Shown: piece by piece, positions 49,046 through 59,380 of the stretch
Layout: each line of letters starts with the position of its first letter
Numbering within the stretch: the first letter of the stretch is position 1
DNA from: Candidatus Shapirobacteria bacterium
GTDB lineage: Bacteria > Patescibacteriota > Microgenomatia > UBA12405
Assembly: GCA_022837635.1 (NCBI GenBank)
Contig: JALHFY010000001.1
Location: forward strand, 160,136-224,135
DNA length: 64,000 bases
Direction: 5' to 3'
Program-made: the position numbers and the translations under genes
Notes under the pieces: model-generated
The model's input: the letters and a program-made list of their open reading frames with translations, nothing else
Database searches by the model: none
What the model was told of the DNA's origin: nothing

Positions 49046-49200
49046 GCCTATCCAAATAGCAATACGTAATACTACTATGATCAGGATGACATAAATGAGA
49101 TTGTTGATGAGCAATTAAGTGATCAATATTAACTTCTGTAGGAAAAATCTTAGGTAAAAAAAGTGTGTTTGTAGACTTGATTATCTAGTATAATTTCGAT

Positions 49201-49901
49201 GTGAGACGGGTAATAAAGAATTTTTTGGTAAATAAAATGAATAGAACTTTTGAGAGAAGTTGGTGGTTAGTCAATAAAAAAATTTTGGATTTTAGAAAAT
49301 CAAGCGATAAAAAAATTAAAATACTTGATATTGGTTGTGCTGATTTTTCGATTACTGATCAATATTTGAAAGATGTAAAAAATTATGAACTTTATGCAGT
49401 TGATTATTTTGAGAAGGTTAAAAGAAAAGATGTGAAGTATAAGCAAGTTAATTTAGAACGAGGCCAACTCCCCTTTCCTGATAATAAATTTGAAGTGGTG
49501 ATAGCTGGACAAGTGATTGAGCATGTATTAAATAAAGACATTTTTTTGAAAGAATGCCATAGAGTCTTAAAAAAAGGAGCTTTGTTTGTGCTACCGAGAA
49601 TATTGCTTCGTTTGATAATATTTTTAGTTTGATGTTGGGACAAGAACCTTTATCACAACATACGGGATCAAGATTTTACACAAGTTCTTGGTTGTCGCCT
49701 CATTTTATGAAAAGAATTCCAGGAAAAACGGGTAATAGATATTTACATAAAAACGTATGTTCTTATTATGGTCTTCAAAGACTATTAAAAGTTAATGGTT
49801 TTAAGAGTTTTGAAATGATTTCGTTGGGTAATGTTAATGTGATTCTGGAAAAAATATTTAAGCCCTATAATAGGTTATTAGTAATTTCTGCGATTAAATA
49901 A
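49201..49901 (+). pseudogene. Class I SAM-dependent methyltransferase split by a frameshift
   Basis: ILDIGC, LPFPDNKFEVV, QVIEH, HRVLKKG; continues in the -1 frame as FVCATENIAS..MLGQEP. Confidence 0.8.
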
Positions 49902-49922
49902 AAATCAATTTCGAGGGATTTT

Positions 49923-50534
49923 TTATTCTAAAATCCCATCGAGATTGACGTCGTAGAGGATTTCTTCGGAAACCAGTCGGTAGCTGAGAATTTCTTCAGG
50001 CTTAAACCAAATAGCCATTTCAGCTTTGGCTTCCTCTACTGATCCAGAGGCGTGAATGATATTTCGAACAGCTCTTTTGTCGCCATCAGCGGCACTATAA
50101 GAATCGATAGTATAGTCACCTCTAATAGTGCCTGGGACTGAAGTGAGAGGTTCGGTACCACCAGTGATTTTTCGAATAACACCAATGGCATTCATCCCCT
50201 GCCAAAGCATAGCAACCACAGGACCGCTACTTAAAAAGGAAACCAATTGTTTTCGTACAGCTTCAGCCAATTCAACAGGATCTTCGGTAGGAGGGGTTAA
50301 ACCTTTGGCTTTCCAAGATTCAATGGATTTGGTACCGGTTTTAACAGCCCATTCAGGATCAACGGAATAATGGGCTAGAGCTTGTTCTTTAGTAGGAATG
50401 ACAATTTTAAGTGCTACTAATTTGAGTCCACATTGCTCATAACGACGGATACTTTCGCCAATAAGACCTCTTTGGACACCATCGGGTTTGACTAAAACTA
50501 AGCTTTGTTCTTGTTTACTATCGTAATTAATCAT
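49923..50534 (-). CDS. ndk: Nucleoside diphosphate kinase
   Basis: KPDGVQRGL, SGPVVAM, PGTIRGD, RNIIHAS. Confidence 0.96.
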   Translation of the reverse strand: MINYDSKQEQSLVLVKPDGVQRGLIGESIRRYEQCGLKLVALKIVIPTKEQALAHYSVDPEWAVKTGTKSIESWKAKGLTPPTEDPVELAEAVRKQLVSFLSSGPVVAMLWQGMNAIGVIRKITGGTEPLTSVPGTIRGDYTIDSYSAADGDKRAVRNIIHASGSVEEAKAEMAIWFKPEEILSYRLVSEEILYDVNLDGILE

Positions 50535-50582
50535 GACCTATTGTCATAGATTAAGGACTTTTTTTCAAGACATAAAAAGCTA

Positions 50583-50610
50583 TTGACATATTGATGATTG
50601 TTTATATAAT
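50583..50610 (+). promoter_or_regulatory. Consensus sigma70 promoter
   Basis: TTGACA-N16-TATAAT, with an ATG 7 nt downstream. Confidence 0.75.
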
Positions 50611-50617
50611 GGCAACA

Positions 50618-50914
50618 ATGGATAAAGTTTACAAATCTTTGGCTGAGGTCAATAGACGAAAAATAATTTTTTGGTTGAGTTTGGGAGAAATGAATGTGGG
50701 AGAAATTGTGAAAAAACTAAATATTTCTCAGGCAACAGTGTCAAGTCACTTAGCCTTATTGAAAAAATCCGGTTTGGTGGAATCTAGAATTTCGGGAAAA
50801 GAAAGAATATATAAGTTAAATTTGGAAAAGGCAAAAGCTTTTGTAAGAGAAATAAATAGGCTAATGTCTTTAGAGAATCAAATAGGTAGTGATGAAATAA
50901 TTATACGGAGATAA
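50618..50914 (+). CDS. ArsR/SmtB-family regulator
   Basis: LAEVNRRKI, SQATVSSHLALLKKSGLV; start MDKVY chosen from promoter spacing. Confidence 0.88.
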   Translation: MDKVYKSLAEVNRRKIIFWLSLGEMNVGEIVKKLNISQATVSSHLALLKKSGLVESRISGKERIYKLNLEKAKAFVREINRLMSLENQIGSDEIIIRR

Positions 50915-50963
50915 TCAAGGTCTGGGAGTTGACTATAGGCCGTTTTTGAGATAAGTTGTGTGT

Positions 50964-51488
50964 ATGATAAGAAAAACAAAAAAGCAGGAAAAAAGATCAA
51001 CTGAAGATATTATCAGTATGGTCTTAGGTTTAGTCATTGTATTAGTTTTAGCTTTATCGATTTTCAAGTTTTTTGAGAGAAATAAGGGGAAAATTGATAT
51101 TCCTGGAATCAGTCTGAAAACGGAAGAGATGTTGGAGGAAAAAAGAGAGACTGAAAATATGATTAAAGTGGTTAAAGGACAGACTTTATGGCAGATAGCT
51201 GAGGAAAAATATGGTGATGGTTTTAAGTGGAATGAAATTGCCAAGGCTAATAAGATTGATAATCCCAACAAAATTGAAGTTGGACAAGAATTAGTTTTAC
51301 CTGAAATTGAGGGACAAGAAGCAGAAGAAATTCCTGAAGAATATATAGTGGTAGCTGGCGATAGTCTATGGAAAATTGCGACTAGATTTTATAAAGATGG
51401 CTATCAATGGACAAAAATTTGGCAGAAAAATCAAGATAAACTGAGAAATCCTGATCAGTTGGAAATCGGGATGAAACTGGCTTTGTGA
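50964..51488 (+). CDS. Membrane-anchored protein with two LysM domains
   Basis: TM; GQTLWQIAE..W..IAKAN and GDSLWKIA..W..I. Confidence 0.9.
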   Translation: MIRKTKKQEKRSTEDIISMVLGLVIVLVLALSIFKFFERNKGKIDIPGISLKTEEMLEEKRETENMIKVVKGQTLWQIAEEKYGDGFKWNEIAKANKIDNPNKIEVGQELVLPEIEGQEAEEIPEEYIVVAGDSLWKIATRFYKDGYQWTKIWQKNQDKLRNPDQLEIGMKLAL

Positions 51489-51504
51489 TAAAATTCTTTT
51501 AGAA

Positions 51505-51575
51505 GCGGCTATGGTTTAGTGGTAAAATGAATCCTTCCCAAGGATTAGTCGAGGGTCCGATTCCCTCTAGCCGCT
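51505..51575 (+). tRNA. tRNA-Gly(CCC)
   Basis: AATCC-TTCCCAA-GGATT; T-loop TCCGATT. Confidence 0.95.
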
Positions 51576-51579
51576 CAAA

Positions 51580-51652
51580 GCCGGAGTAGCTCAGTTGGTA
51601 GAGCAGGGCTTTCGTAAAGCCAAGGTCGGGAGTTCAACTCTCCCCTTCGGCT
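51580..51652 (+). tRNA. tRNA-Thr(CGT)
   Basis: GGGCT-TTCGTAA-AGCCA (G-A mismatch at the top). Confidence 0.92.
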
Positions 51653-51662
51653 CTTAAAAAAA

Positions 51663-52400
51663 ATGAAAAAAACACCAGAATTTTTTAAAAAAAATCCTCG
51701 TTCCCGTTTGGATAGAAAAACAGACGAGGAAATTACTAAAAAGACAGTACTTTTAGGAGGCTTAACTCTTGGGCTACTAGTTATTTTAGTAATTTTTGGG
51801 TTACCACTTTTAATTAGATTATCGGTAATGTTGGGTAATAATCATCGTGATAATACGGCTAATCAGGAAAAACTTTTACCTCCACTACCGCCACGTTTGG
51901 TAACTTCATTAGAGGCGACTAATAGTGCTAATTTTTCAATTTCCGGAGTGGCTGAACCTCAAGTAGAGGTGGAGTTATTTAAGAATGATATAACTGCCGG
52001 TAAGACTAACACCGATGAAAAAGGTGGTTTTACATTTACGGATATTATTTTGGAAAAAGGCGGTAATACTTTTACAGCAATAGCGGCTAAAGAAAAGGAA
52101 GGTAAAAGTGAATTATCTAAAGCGGTGACAATTATGTATGATGATAAACCACCGACTTTAGTGATGACCAATCCGAGTGAGGATAAATTGGAGGTAGATT
52201 ATTCGGATTTTGATATTATCGGAAAGAGTGATTCGGGTGTTAGTGTAACTGTTAATGGTCGAGTAGCTTTAGTTGATGATGAAGGTGGATTTAAGCTCAA
52301 ATACCAATTAAATTCAGGAAAAAATAGTTTAGAGATAGTGGCTAGAAATGTAGCTGGGAATGAAAGTCGAAAAACTATCGAGATAAGTTACGAAATCTAA
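51663..52400 (+). CDS. Membrane-anchored Ig-like domain protein
   Basis: TM followed by two Big-like beta units (ISGVAEP..GNTFTAIA; VTVNG..GKNSLEIVA). Confidence 0.75.
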   Translation: MKKTPEFFKKNPRSRLDRKTDEEITKKTVLLGGLTLGLLVILVIFGLPLLIRLSVMLGNNHRDNTANQEKLLPPLPPRLVTSLEATNSANFSISGVAEPQVEVELFKNDITAGKTNTDEKGGFTFTDIILEKGGNTFTAIAAKEKEGKSELSKAVTIMYDDKPPTLVMTNPSEDKLEVDYSDFDIIGKSDSGVSVTVNGRVALVDDEGGFKLKYQLNSGKNSLEIVARNVAGNESRKTIEISYEI

Positions 52401-53451
52401 ATTCAAGACTGAGATAAAACAATATCCAGGGATAGAGAAGTGAATTGGCAAAAAGAGAATGGACAAAAGTAGCTAACATTAGAGATTGCCAATAAAGATT
52501 AGTTTTTTTGAGTTCAAAACTGAATGGTTTTATAAATAGATATAAGCCGATAAGACCAGTGGTAACGGCGATAGTGAGTAGACTACTGTCAAAACCGGAA
52601 TGAGAGTGAGAGGTGGAATTGTTGGTAAGTTGGGGAATATTATTGTAACCAATTCCAAGTAGAGGTGAAATGGAAAAACTTTTGAAAGCTGTTTGGTAAT
52701 TGACAATTTTGGCTTTAATTGAGCTGCTTCGTTCTAACTTAGTCCCCTCTCCGGGCATACGAGGCAGGAGTAAGATAGTTAAACAGATAATTAGAAAAGT
52801 AGAGACAAAGATGAGAATTTTTTTGCTTTTGATTGAAATGTAAGTAAAAACTACAAATAAAGATAAAAGAGTGGAACGACTGTAGGTGAGGGCTAGGGCT
52901 AAATAAGCTAGAGAGATGAGTAGAAAATTAGGAAAATAAAAATAAAGTTTTAAAATAATAAACAGAAATAAGAGGGCGGTAAAAGTAGGATCAAGCAAGG
53001 TGCCGACCAGGCGGTAGAGATGGGGATCCCAATTAAGCGAGGAAAAAGCAGTCAAATCCGGCCAAATAAAATATTGGAGAAAAGCAAAAATGATAAAGGC
53101 GGCGAGAGTAGAATGAAAAATTTTTAAGTCTAAAGAATTAAGTTTTAAGGGAAAAATAAAAAAGGATAAAAGAGAACTGAGGCGAAGCCAGTAAAAAAAA
53201 GAGACGGCGGAAAATTTAAAGAAGAGAAGATTGATAACTAAAGTGAAGAAAGAGAAAATAATAAAATTTAAAAAATGTTGGGAGGATTTTTTAAATTTGA
53301 ATCGATGATCAAGTAGGTTGAAAAAAGCGAGAATGACAATAGTTAGGTCAAAGAGAGGAAAGGAAAAATTTAAAAAATTTAAGCGCAGTAATTGACCGAT
53401 AAAAAAAGCAAAGAAAGTTAAATAAAAAGCTATTCTTGTGATAAGTGCCAT
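52375..53451 (-). CDS. O-antigen ligase/Wzy_C-like membrane protein
   Basis: Multi-TM; RLVGTLLDP, TYSRS, PLLGIGY, TGLIG, HSLF. Confidence 0.8.
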   Translation of the reverse strand: MALITRIAFYLTFFAFFIGQLLRLNFLNFSFPLFDLTIVILAFFNLLDHRFKFKKSSQHFLNFIIFSFFTLVINLLFFKFSAVSFFYWLRLSSLLSFFIFPLKLNSLDLKIFHSTLAAFIIFAFLQYFIWPDLTAFSSLNWDPHLYRLVGTLLDPTFTALLFLFIILKLYFYFPNFLLISLAYLALALTYSRSTLLSLFVVFTYISIKSKKILIFVSTFLIICLTILLLPRMPGEGTKLERSSSIKAKIVNYQTAFKSFSISPLLGIGYNNIPQLTNNSTSHSHSGFDSSLLTIAVTTGLIGLYLFIKPFSFELKKTNLYWQSLMLATFVHSLFANSLLYPWILFYLSLEFRFRNLSR

Positions 53452-54194
53452 AGTTTGGCGCGGTTTAGAAAGCTATGAAGACTTATGGTTAGAGAGAGAA
53501 TGAGACCAGGAACACCGTCTAAAAAACCGAGTTTAAAAAAATAAAGATATTTGAATTTAAGTAAAGGATAAAAAATGATCTCTAAAAGATTGGTTTTATG
53601 ATGTTGGGAAAAGAGTTCTTGGGCACGGATACTTGAATAGAAATTAACTTTATCTAAAAAAGTATTAAGATTATCGAAAGAATAATGATTCAAAGAGGTG
53701 TGAGTGAAAATATTTTGACAGGATGAAGACCAAACTTCGTGAACTTTACCGGTAAATTTTCCATATTTTTTATTAAAGAGTTTGATGGGTTTATCATTTA
53801 AAACTTGACCATGAGTAATACTTTTTTCAAAATAAATTAGATGGCGTTTGAATGAATAGCATCTGTTGTTTTGAGGAATTAATTTGTTCAGATAATCAAT
53901 CATGTCGGGGTTGGGAATTTCGTCAGCGTCTAAAAACAGTACCCAGTTGTTTTTGGATTGACTGAGACCAAAATTCCTTTGGGCTGAGAAATCACTGTCC
54001 AGAGATCGGGTAAAAAATTTGACCGAAATTTTTTTGTTGGCCCAAGAGAAGGTAATTTTTTTAGTGTCGTCAGTAGAATAATCATCAACGACGATAATTT
54101 CATTGAGAGCTTTAATTTGGTTGAGCCAACTCTCCCACTCTTTGAGTTTTGAAGATTCGTTTTTGGTGAGTAGAAGAAGGGTGAGGTTATACAT
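53430..54194 (-). CDS. Glycosyltransferase family 2
   Basis: TKNE, VVDDYSTD, QRNFG, LDADE, VHE. Confidence 0.92.
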   Translation of the reverse strand: MYNLTLLLLTKNESSKLKEWESWLNQIKALNEIIVVDDYSTDDTKKITFSWANKKISVKFFTRSLDSDFSAQRNFGLSQSKNNWVLFLDADEIPNPDMIDYLNKLIPQNNRCYSFKRHLIYFEKSITHGQVLNDKPIKLFNKKYGKFTGKVHEVWSSSCQNIFTHTSLNHYSFDNLNTFLDKVNFYSSIRAQELFSQHHKTNLLEIIFYPLLKFKYLYFFKLGFLDGVPGLILSLTISLHSFLNRAKLWHLSQE

Positions 54195-55242
54195 TTAATA
54201 TTTTAATTAGATTTTTTGTTGTGTGATTCCAATCAATTATACAATTTTTGAAGAATTTTATTTTTCGACTATTTATTATACTGTTAATTATTTTTCTACT
54301 AAGAGATATATTGGATATTGGTAATAATATTCCATTAATACCGTTCTGCACAATTTCACAGGTACCCCCTTCATTTGTTCCAATGATAAATAATTTTTTA
54401 TTAGTAGCTTCCAAGGTAGTTAAACCAAATGGTTCATTTATTTGATTTGCCATAAAAATATCGTATTTTTTATATATTGTATTTACTGATTCTGTAAAAT
54501 TTGGAAAAATTTTTGTTTGTGTACTAATAAATTTTTTAATATTATCGTGAGATGTTTTGCCGTATATATGTAGTTTAGGGTATACGTTAGATGAAATATG
54601 GTGACCTTTAAGCATGGATAATAAACCTAAAGAAAGAACTTTTTGATTGTTGATTTTGATTTGGTATATTTTTTTTATTTGTTTAATTGCTGGTATTAAG
54701 ACAATAGAATTCCTTTTATATATCTTTCTAAGATTATTCTGAGTAAAGTATGAATTTGAAATTATATGATGAGCTTTTTGACAGTTACGTTTATCAATAA
54801 TTTTGATAATGCTTCTAATTTTTCTTGATATCCATTTATTAATACAATTGTGTGAAAATGAAGTTGGTTCATAAAATTCTCGTTTTGGTTCCATGAACAT
54901 ATAGAATGTAGATTTATTTTTCAAATATTTTAATAAGTGAGGTGCTTGGGTTCTTTTACACGGGAAAACCAGAACAGCATCATATTTTTTATGATCAATT
55001 TCTCTCGCCATTCTCTTTTGTAATTTGGGTAAAACATAAATAACTTGATAAAGTTCTTGAAATAAGTTTTTTGGATCTGGTACATAGTGGATAAATTGTT
55101 GTGTTGTTTTAATGCTACTGGTTGGACTAAGAGAATAGTAATCTATTTGATAATTAAGATTGAGAAGTTTTTTGGAAATCTCATACATCTGATGCAGAGC
55201 TCCTCCCGGATATAAATTATGATATATTGCAATTTTCTTCAC
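54187..55242 (-). CDS. Glycosyltransferase family 4
   Basis: GGA, NSYFT, KGH, EPFGLTTLEA; very AT-rich. Confidence 0.88.
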   Translation of the reverse strand: MKKIAIYHNLYPGGALHQMYEISKKLLNLNYQIDYYSLSPTSSIKTTQQFIHYVPDPKNLFQELYQVIYVLPKLQKRMAREIDHKKYDAVLVFPCKRTQAPHLLKYLKNKSTFYMFMEPKREFYEPTSFSHNCINKWISRKIRSIIKIIDKRNCQKAHHIISNSYFTQNNLRKIYKRNSIVLIPAIKQIKKIYQIKINNQKVLSLGLLSMLKGHHISSNVYPKLHIYGKTSHDNIKKFISTQTKIFPNFTESVNTIYKKYDIFMANQINEPFGLTTLEATNKKLFIIGTNEGGTCEIVQNGINGILLPISNISLSRKIINSIINSRKIKFFKNCIIDWNHTTKNLIKILNV

Positions 55243-55263
55243 AAATATTTAGTATTAATTATT

Positions 55264-57507
55264 ATGAAAATTTTTAGATTGATTTTTTTGTTCTGTGTAT
55301 TATTTTTAGTTAGTGTTTCAAGTGCTTATGCAGCTGATTACTTTATAGATGATTTTAACATTAGGGATGAGAACAAATGGAGTTATGTAGAAAACGGAGG
55401 AACAATTTTATTTGAAAACGGCAAAATGCAATTAAGTAGTTCTTCTCTTAATTTTCCTTATATTACTAATTCTGAAGTAGAGGTATTTAATGATAAGGAT
55501 GAAGTGTTTGTAGAGTTTAACTTTGATTATCTTAGCACTGGTTTTATGGGTAATGGTATAGGTATTGGGTATACAGGAAGTAATGGTTATCCGTATTATC
55601 AAATAAGTGTATGGAATGACTTAACCTCTGGAATAGTTTTACAATATCAAGATGACAATGTTTCAAATGGAGGGAAATGTGATTATTCACAAGGTTTGAA
55701 AAAGAAGAAAATTGGTGAGTATCTTAACGCAAATTCTCTTGGAAATATTTTAAGGATTGAGAAACATGGAACTGCGTATACAGTTTATATAAATTCTGTT
55801 GAGGTACTTCAAACTCCTCAAAATCAATGTGTTCCCAAGAATATTTTTATAGGAAATCCCTTATCGGGAGGTGGAACTAATTGGACAAAGTTGAGTATAG
55901 ATAATATTAAGGTTTCAGACATATTACCTCCGTTAAAAACCAAAATCATTCTTCTACCTGGTTTGGGGGCGAGTTGGAACACAGAGGCAATGACGGTGGG
56001 TAGCACCCATGTCGATTCAAAATGGATAATGACACCTTTTGTAAAAAATTATGACAAACTAATTAGTGCTTTTGAAAGTAATTCTTTGGTACGAGGACAA
56101 GATTATTATGTCTGGAATTATGACTGGCGCAAACCTCTATCTCAAATAGTGGCCGATTTTGACACTTTTGTAACCAGTCTTAATTTAGGTGAAAACGAAA
56201 AATTAAATTTAGTAGGTCATTCTCTAGGTGGTTTGGTAGCCAGACTATGGACGCAGGATCATGGAGAAAAGGTTAACAAGACTGTGACTTTAGGAAGTCC
56301 GCATTATGGTTCAGTAAAAGCTTATTTGGCTTGGAATGGGTTGAAATTTGGGGACAACAGTGCAGCCAATATTGCTTTGAATGTGTTTTTAGGACTGAAA
56401 AATGGTGGGGTGAAGGTAAAGAATCTACGGGAATTTGCCCCGATAGTATTTGATTTAAATCCAACTTTTTCTTTTTTAAGAAAAAATGGTAATTCTATTG
56501 TTTCGGCTTCAAGTCAATATTTACAGGAGATGAATAATGGGGTGAATTTGATTAATCCCCTCTTGGTGACTGTGGATGGAGTGGGGGTGGATACACTCAA
56601 TGGAATTAGTTTAGGAGAGAGAACTATGTTTGATAAAATCTTTGGAGTGTGGGAAGAAGGTCGGCCGGTAGCTTATGAAAAATCGATAGGCGACGGGACA
56701 GTTTTGAAAAAAAGTGCTCTAGTGGAAGGCAGTAAAAATATAGAAAAGATTTCTAATCATGGGGATATTGTGGATAAAACTGTTAACGAAATTATGGATG
56801 AATTTGAATTAAACAGGCCGATAACTTTATTGAAAAGAGGGGTGGTTTTAGCGGCTAATCCGGAAATGTCAATATTCTTTACAGATCTTAATGGGGACAT
56901 GAAGGTAGTTTGTAATGGTGAAGAAAAAAGCGATATTGAAGGTTGGGTTTGGTTTGAAGGAGTTGATAGAGAAAATTGTAAAGCTTATTTTACTGGAGAA
57001 GAGAATTCTGAATACCGATTGGTGGCTGGAGGTGGTGATCAGTGGCAGACATTTAAGGGAGTTTTGGGTTCAGACGGACAATCTGAAATAAATTTGAATT
57101 CAAAAGATTTTTCTTGGCTGTTATTGAGACAAAAAGCTTCTGAGTTGAGAGCGACACAGATGATAGCGGCAATAGATAAAAAGAACATATTGACAACTAT
57201 CAATACCTATATTAATTTCAGGGCCAAGAATAAAAATTCGCAACATAGTGAAGAGATAATTGAATCATTAAAGGTGATTTTAGGATCCGAAAATAAGACC
57301 CAAGCAGAAATTGAAAGGCAGTATAGAGCTGCGAAAAATGCTAAAGTGGTAGCAGAAAGTAATTTGAGATTAATGGTTAGAAAAGGGATTAAGCCGAGTT
57401 TTTATTCATCATTGACCTATAATCAAGCCGAAGGATTAATGATGGAAGGAAAAAACTATGCAGCTAACTATCTGGCGGAGAAATTATATAAAATTATTTG
57501 GAGGTAG
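55264..57507 (+). CDS. Secreted alpha/beta hydrolase (lipase/acyltransferase-like) with N-terminal beta-sandwich domain
   Basis: Signal MKIFR; LLPGLG, YDWR, GHSLGG, GSPHYG, GDGTV, H. Confidence 0.82.
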   Translation: MKIFRLIFLFCVLFLVSVSSAYAADYFIDDFNIRDENKWSYVENGGTILFENGKMQLSSSSLNFPYITNSEVEVFNDKDEVFVEFNFDYLSTGFMGNGIGIGYTGSNGYPYYQISVWNDLTSGIVLQYQDDNVSNGGKCDYSQGLKKKKIGEYLNANSLGNILRIEKHGTAYTVYINSVEVLQTPQNQCVPKNIFIGNPLSGGGTNWTKLSIDNIKVSDILPPLKTKIILLPGLGASWNTEAMTVGSTHVDSKWIMTPFVKNYDKLISAFESNSLVRGQDYYVWNYDWRKPLSQIVADFDTFVTSLNLGENEKLNLVGHSLGGLVARLWTQDHGEKVNKTVTLGSPHYGSVKAYLAWNGLKFGDNSAANIALNVFLGLKNGGVKVKNLREFAPIVFDLNPTFSFLRKNGNSIVSASSQYLQEMNNGVNLINPLLVTVDGVGVDTLNGISLGERTMFDKIFGVWEEGRPVAYEKSIGDGTVLKKSALVEGSKNIEKISNHGDIVDKTVNEIMDEFELNRPITLLKRGVVLAANPEMSIFFTDLNGDMKVVCNGEEKSDIEGWVWFEGVDRENCKAYFTGEENSEYRLVAGGGDQWQTFKGVLGSDGQSEINLNSKDFSWLLLRQKASELRATQMIAAIDKKNILTTINTYINFRAKNKNSQHSEEIIESLKVILGSENKTQAEIERQYRAAKNAKVVAESNLRLMVRKGIKPSFYSSLTYNQAEGLMMEGKNYAANYLAEKLYKIIWR

Positions 57508-57581
57508 TGGTTGTTGCAGGACTTGAACCTGCGACCTCATCAATGTGAATGATGCGCTCTAACCAACTGAGCTAAACAACC
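57508..57581 (-). tRNA. tRNA-Val(CAC)
   Basis: CATCA-TTCACAT-TGATG. Confidence 0.95.
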
Positions 57582-57658
57582 AGGTAGAAACTAATGAGGA
57601 ATTATAACTTAAAATTTAACGATTGTGATAGCGCCTCAAGAGGGGTAAACTGGAAAGT

Positions 57659-58237
57659 ATGAAATTTAGACAAGCTTTTTCTTTAGGTAGTTTTATTTTG
57701 GAGTTTGTACAGTCAATAGTGTTAGCGTTGTCAGTTTTTGTCTTGCTCTATCTCTTTGTAGTCCAGCCTAATGAGGTTAATGGAAATTCGATGGTACCCA
57801 ACTTTCAAAATCGAGAGAGAATTTTAACTGATAAGTTGAGTTATCAATTTGGTGAGCCTAAAAGAGGTGATGTGGTGGTGTTTAAGGCGCCGACCAGTGA
57901 ACCTTGTTCGGAAAATGAATGTGAATATATTAAAAGAATTATCGGTGTACCAGGTGATCGAGTTATGGTTTCCGGTGGACAAGTTTACTTAAATGGAGCC
58001 TTGTTGGAGCAGGATTTTTTGCCTGCTGATTTTGTGACTGAAGCAGGTTCTTTTGCCCAAGAAGGAATGGAGGTTGAGGTGCCGGAGGATAGTTATTTAG
58101 TTTTTGGAGATAATCGATCTCATTCTAGAGATGGACGAGAATTTGGTCCGATTCCGCGGAAATTAATTTTAGGTAAAGCTTTTTTCAGATATTGGCCTTT
58201 GAATGTAATTGGTTTACTGCCGAGTGTCAGTTTGTAG
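57659..58237 (+). CDS. lepB: Signal peptidase I
   Basis: GNSMVP, RGDVVVF, YIKRIIG, GDNRSHSRDGR. Confidence 0.95.
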   Translation: MKFRQAFSLGSFILEFVQSIVLALSVFVLLYLFVVQPNEVNGNSMVPNFQNRERILTDKLSYQFGEPKRGDVVVFKAPTSEPCSENECEYIKRIIGVPGDRVMVSGGQVYLNGALLEQDFLPADFVTEAGSFAQEGMEVEVPEDSYLVFGDNRSHSRDGREFGPIPRKLILGKAFFRYWPLNVIGLLPSVSL

Positions 58238-59062
58238 TTCTTTATTACAGATTTGTTTATAGAGTTCACTAAGTTGTTGAAAACGGTCTTCAACTGGGCC
58301 TCGGAACTGAAAAACAACGCGAGTATAAATGTTGGTTTGAGAGACTTTAACTTGAGTAGTTTTATTTTTAAAAATGGAAGCCATATCTGAACCAATACTG
58401 TCGAGGCGCGATTTTAGGAATTGAGGGAGATTGTCTTTGGTAATAGGAATCTGCCCTTCTTCAATTTTTTGACGCATGCGACGGGCAATATCTTCAGCAC
58501 GACGAACTGAGGCATTCTCTTTAAGGACAATTTTATAGGCTTCAATCATGAGTCGAGTATCAAGAATGCTGCTGAGAGCTCGAGCATGACCTTCGGTGAT
58601 GAGGCCTGAGAGTAGACCGTCTTTGATAGCGTCAGGTAGATTCAAAAGCTTTAAGACATTGATAACATAAGGCACACTTTTACTAACTTTTTTAGCAATT
58701 TGATGGTTATTTAGGCCAAATTCTTCTTTAAGTCGAAGAAAGGCTTTAGCTCTTTCAATAGGGTTAAGGTCTTTTCTTTGGACATTTTCAACAATAGCCA
58801 TTTCCAACATTTGTTGAGGAGAAGTTTTTTTAATAATAGCTGGAACATGGGTAAGTTTTAGGAGTCGGGCAGCCCGCCAGCGACGTTCACCGGCGATAAT
58901 TTGAAAACCAGCCGGAGTTTCGGCAATAATCAAAGGTTCGAGGATGCCGTGTTCGCGGATGGATTCGACCAGTTCAGAGAGAGATTCGGGACTGATGATA
59001 CCACGAGGTTGGAGAGGGTTGGGTTCTAGTTGATTGGTAGGGATTTGAGAGACTTGCTTCAT
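58214..59062 (-). CDS. parB: ParB/Spo0J partition protein
   Basis: NPLQPR, IIAGERRWRAA, ENVQRKDLNPIE, HTH, EGHARAL. Confidence 0.93.
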   Translation of the reverse strand: MKQVSQIPTNQLEPNPLQPRGIISPESLSELVESIREHGILEPLIIAETPAGFQIIAGERRWRAARLLKLTHVPAIIKKTSPQQMLEMAIVENVQRKDLNPIERAKAFLRLKEEFGLNNHQIAKKVSKSVPYVINVLKLLNLPDAIKDGLLSGLITEGHARALSSILDTRLMIEAYKIVLKENASVRRAEDIARRMRQKIEEGQIPITKDNLPQFLKSRLDSIGSDMASIFKNKTTQVKVSQTNIYTRVVFQFRGPVEDRFQQLSELYKQICNKELQTDTRQ

Positions 59063-59117
59063 AGTTAAAGGATACTATGAAAACCCCTGTGAAAAAATGG
59101 GATAAAGTGTATCAATT

Positions 59118-59369
59118 TTAGGCTTTGACGACAGAAACAAATTTTTTGCCTAATTTAGTGAAAAATTTGACGATACCGGGGCGAGTGGCGTAAATAGTGA
59201 AATCACGGCCAGTTTTAGTGCCGGTAGCGCTGTGAAATTTGGAACCGACTTGACGGACGATGATTTGTCCAACATCAATTTTTTGACCGCCGAATTTTTT
59301 AACCCCCCGTCTTTGTCCGGGACGATTAGATTTTTGGTTGGTTTTTCCCTGAGATTTAGTATGTGCCAT
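59118..59369 (-). CDS. rpmA: 50S ribosomal protein L27
   Basis: MAHTK, RRGVK, IIVRQ, GRDFTIYA. Confidence 0.96.
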   Translation of the reverse strand: MAHTKSQGKTNQKSNRPGQRRGVKKFGGQKIDVGQIIVRQVGSKFHSATGTKTGRDFTIYATRPGIVKFFTKLGKKFVSVVKA

Positions 59370-59380
59370 GAAGTAAGTAG

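Noticed and set aside
49010-49115. Hydrophobic minus-strand reading LLINNLIYVILIIVVLRIAIWIGKK
   Set aside because: Weak TTG start right after a stop and it runs antisense into tRNA-Asp; at most a gene remnant.
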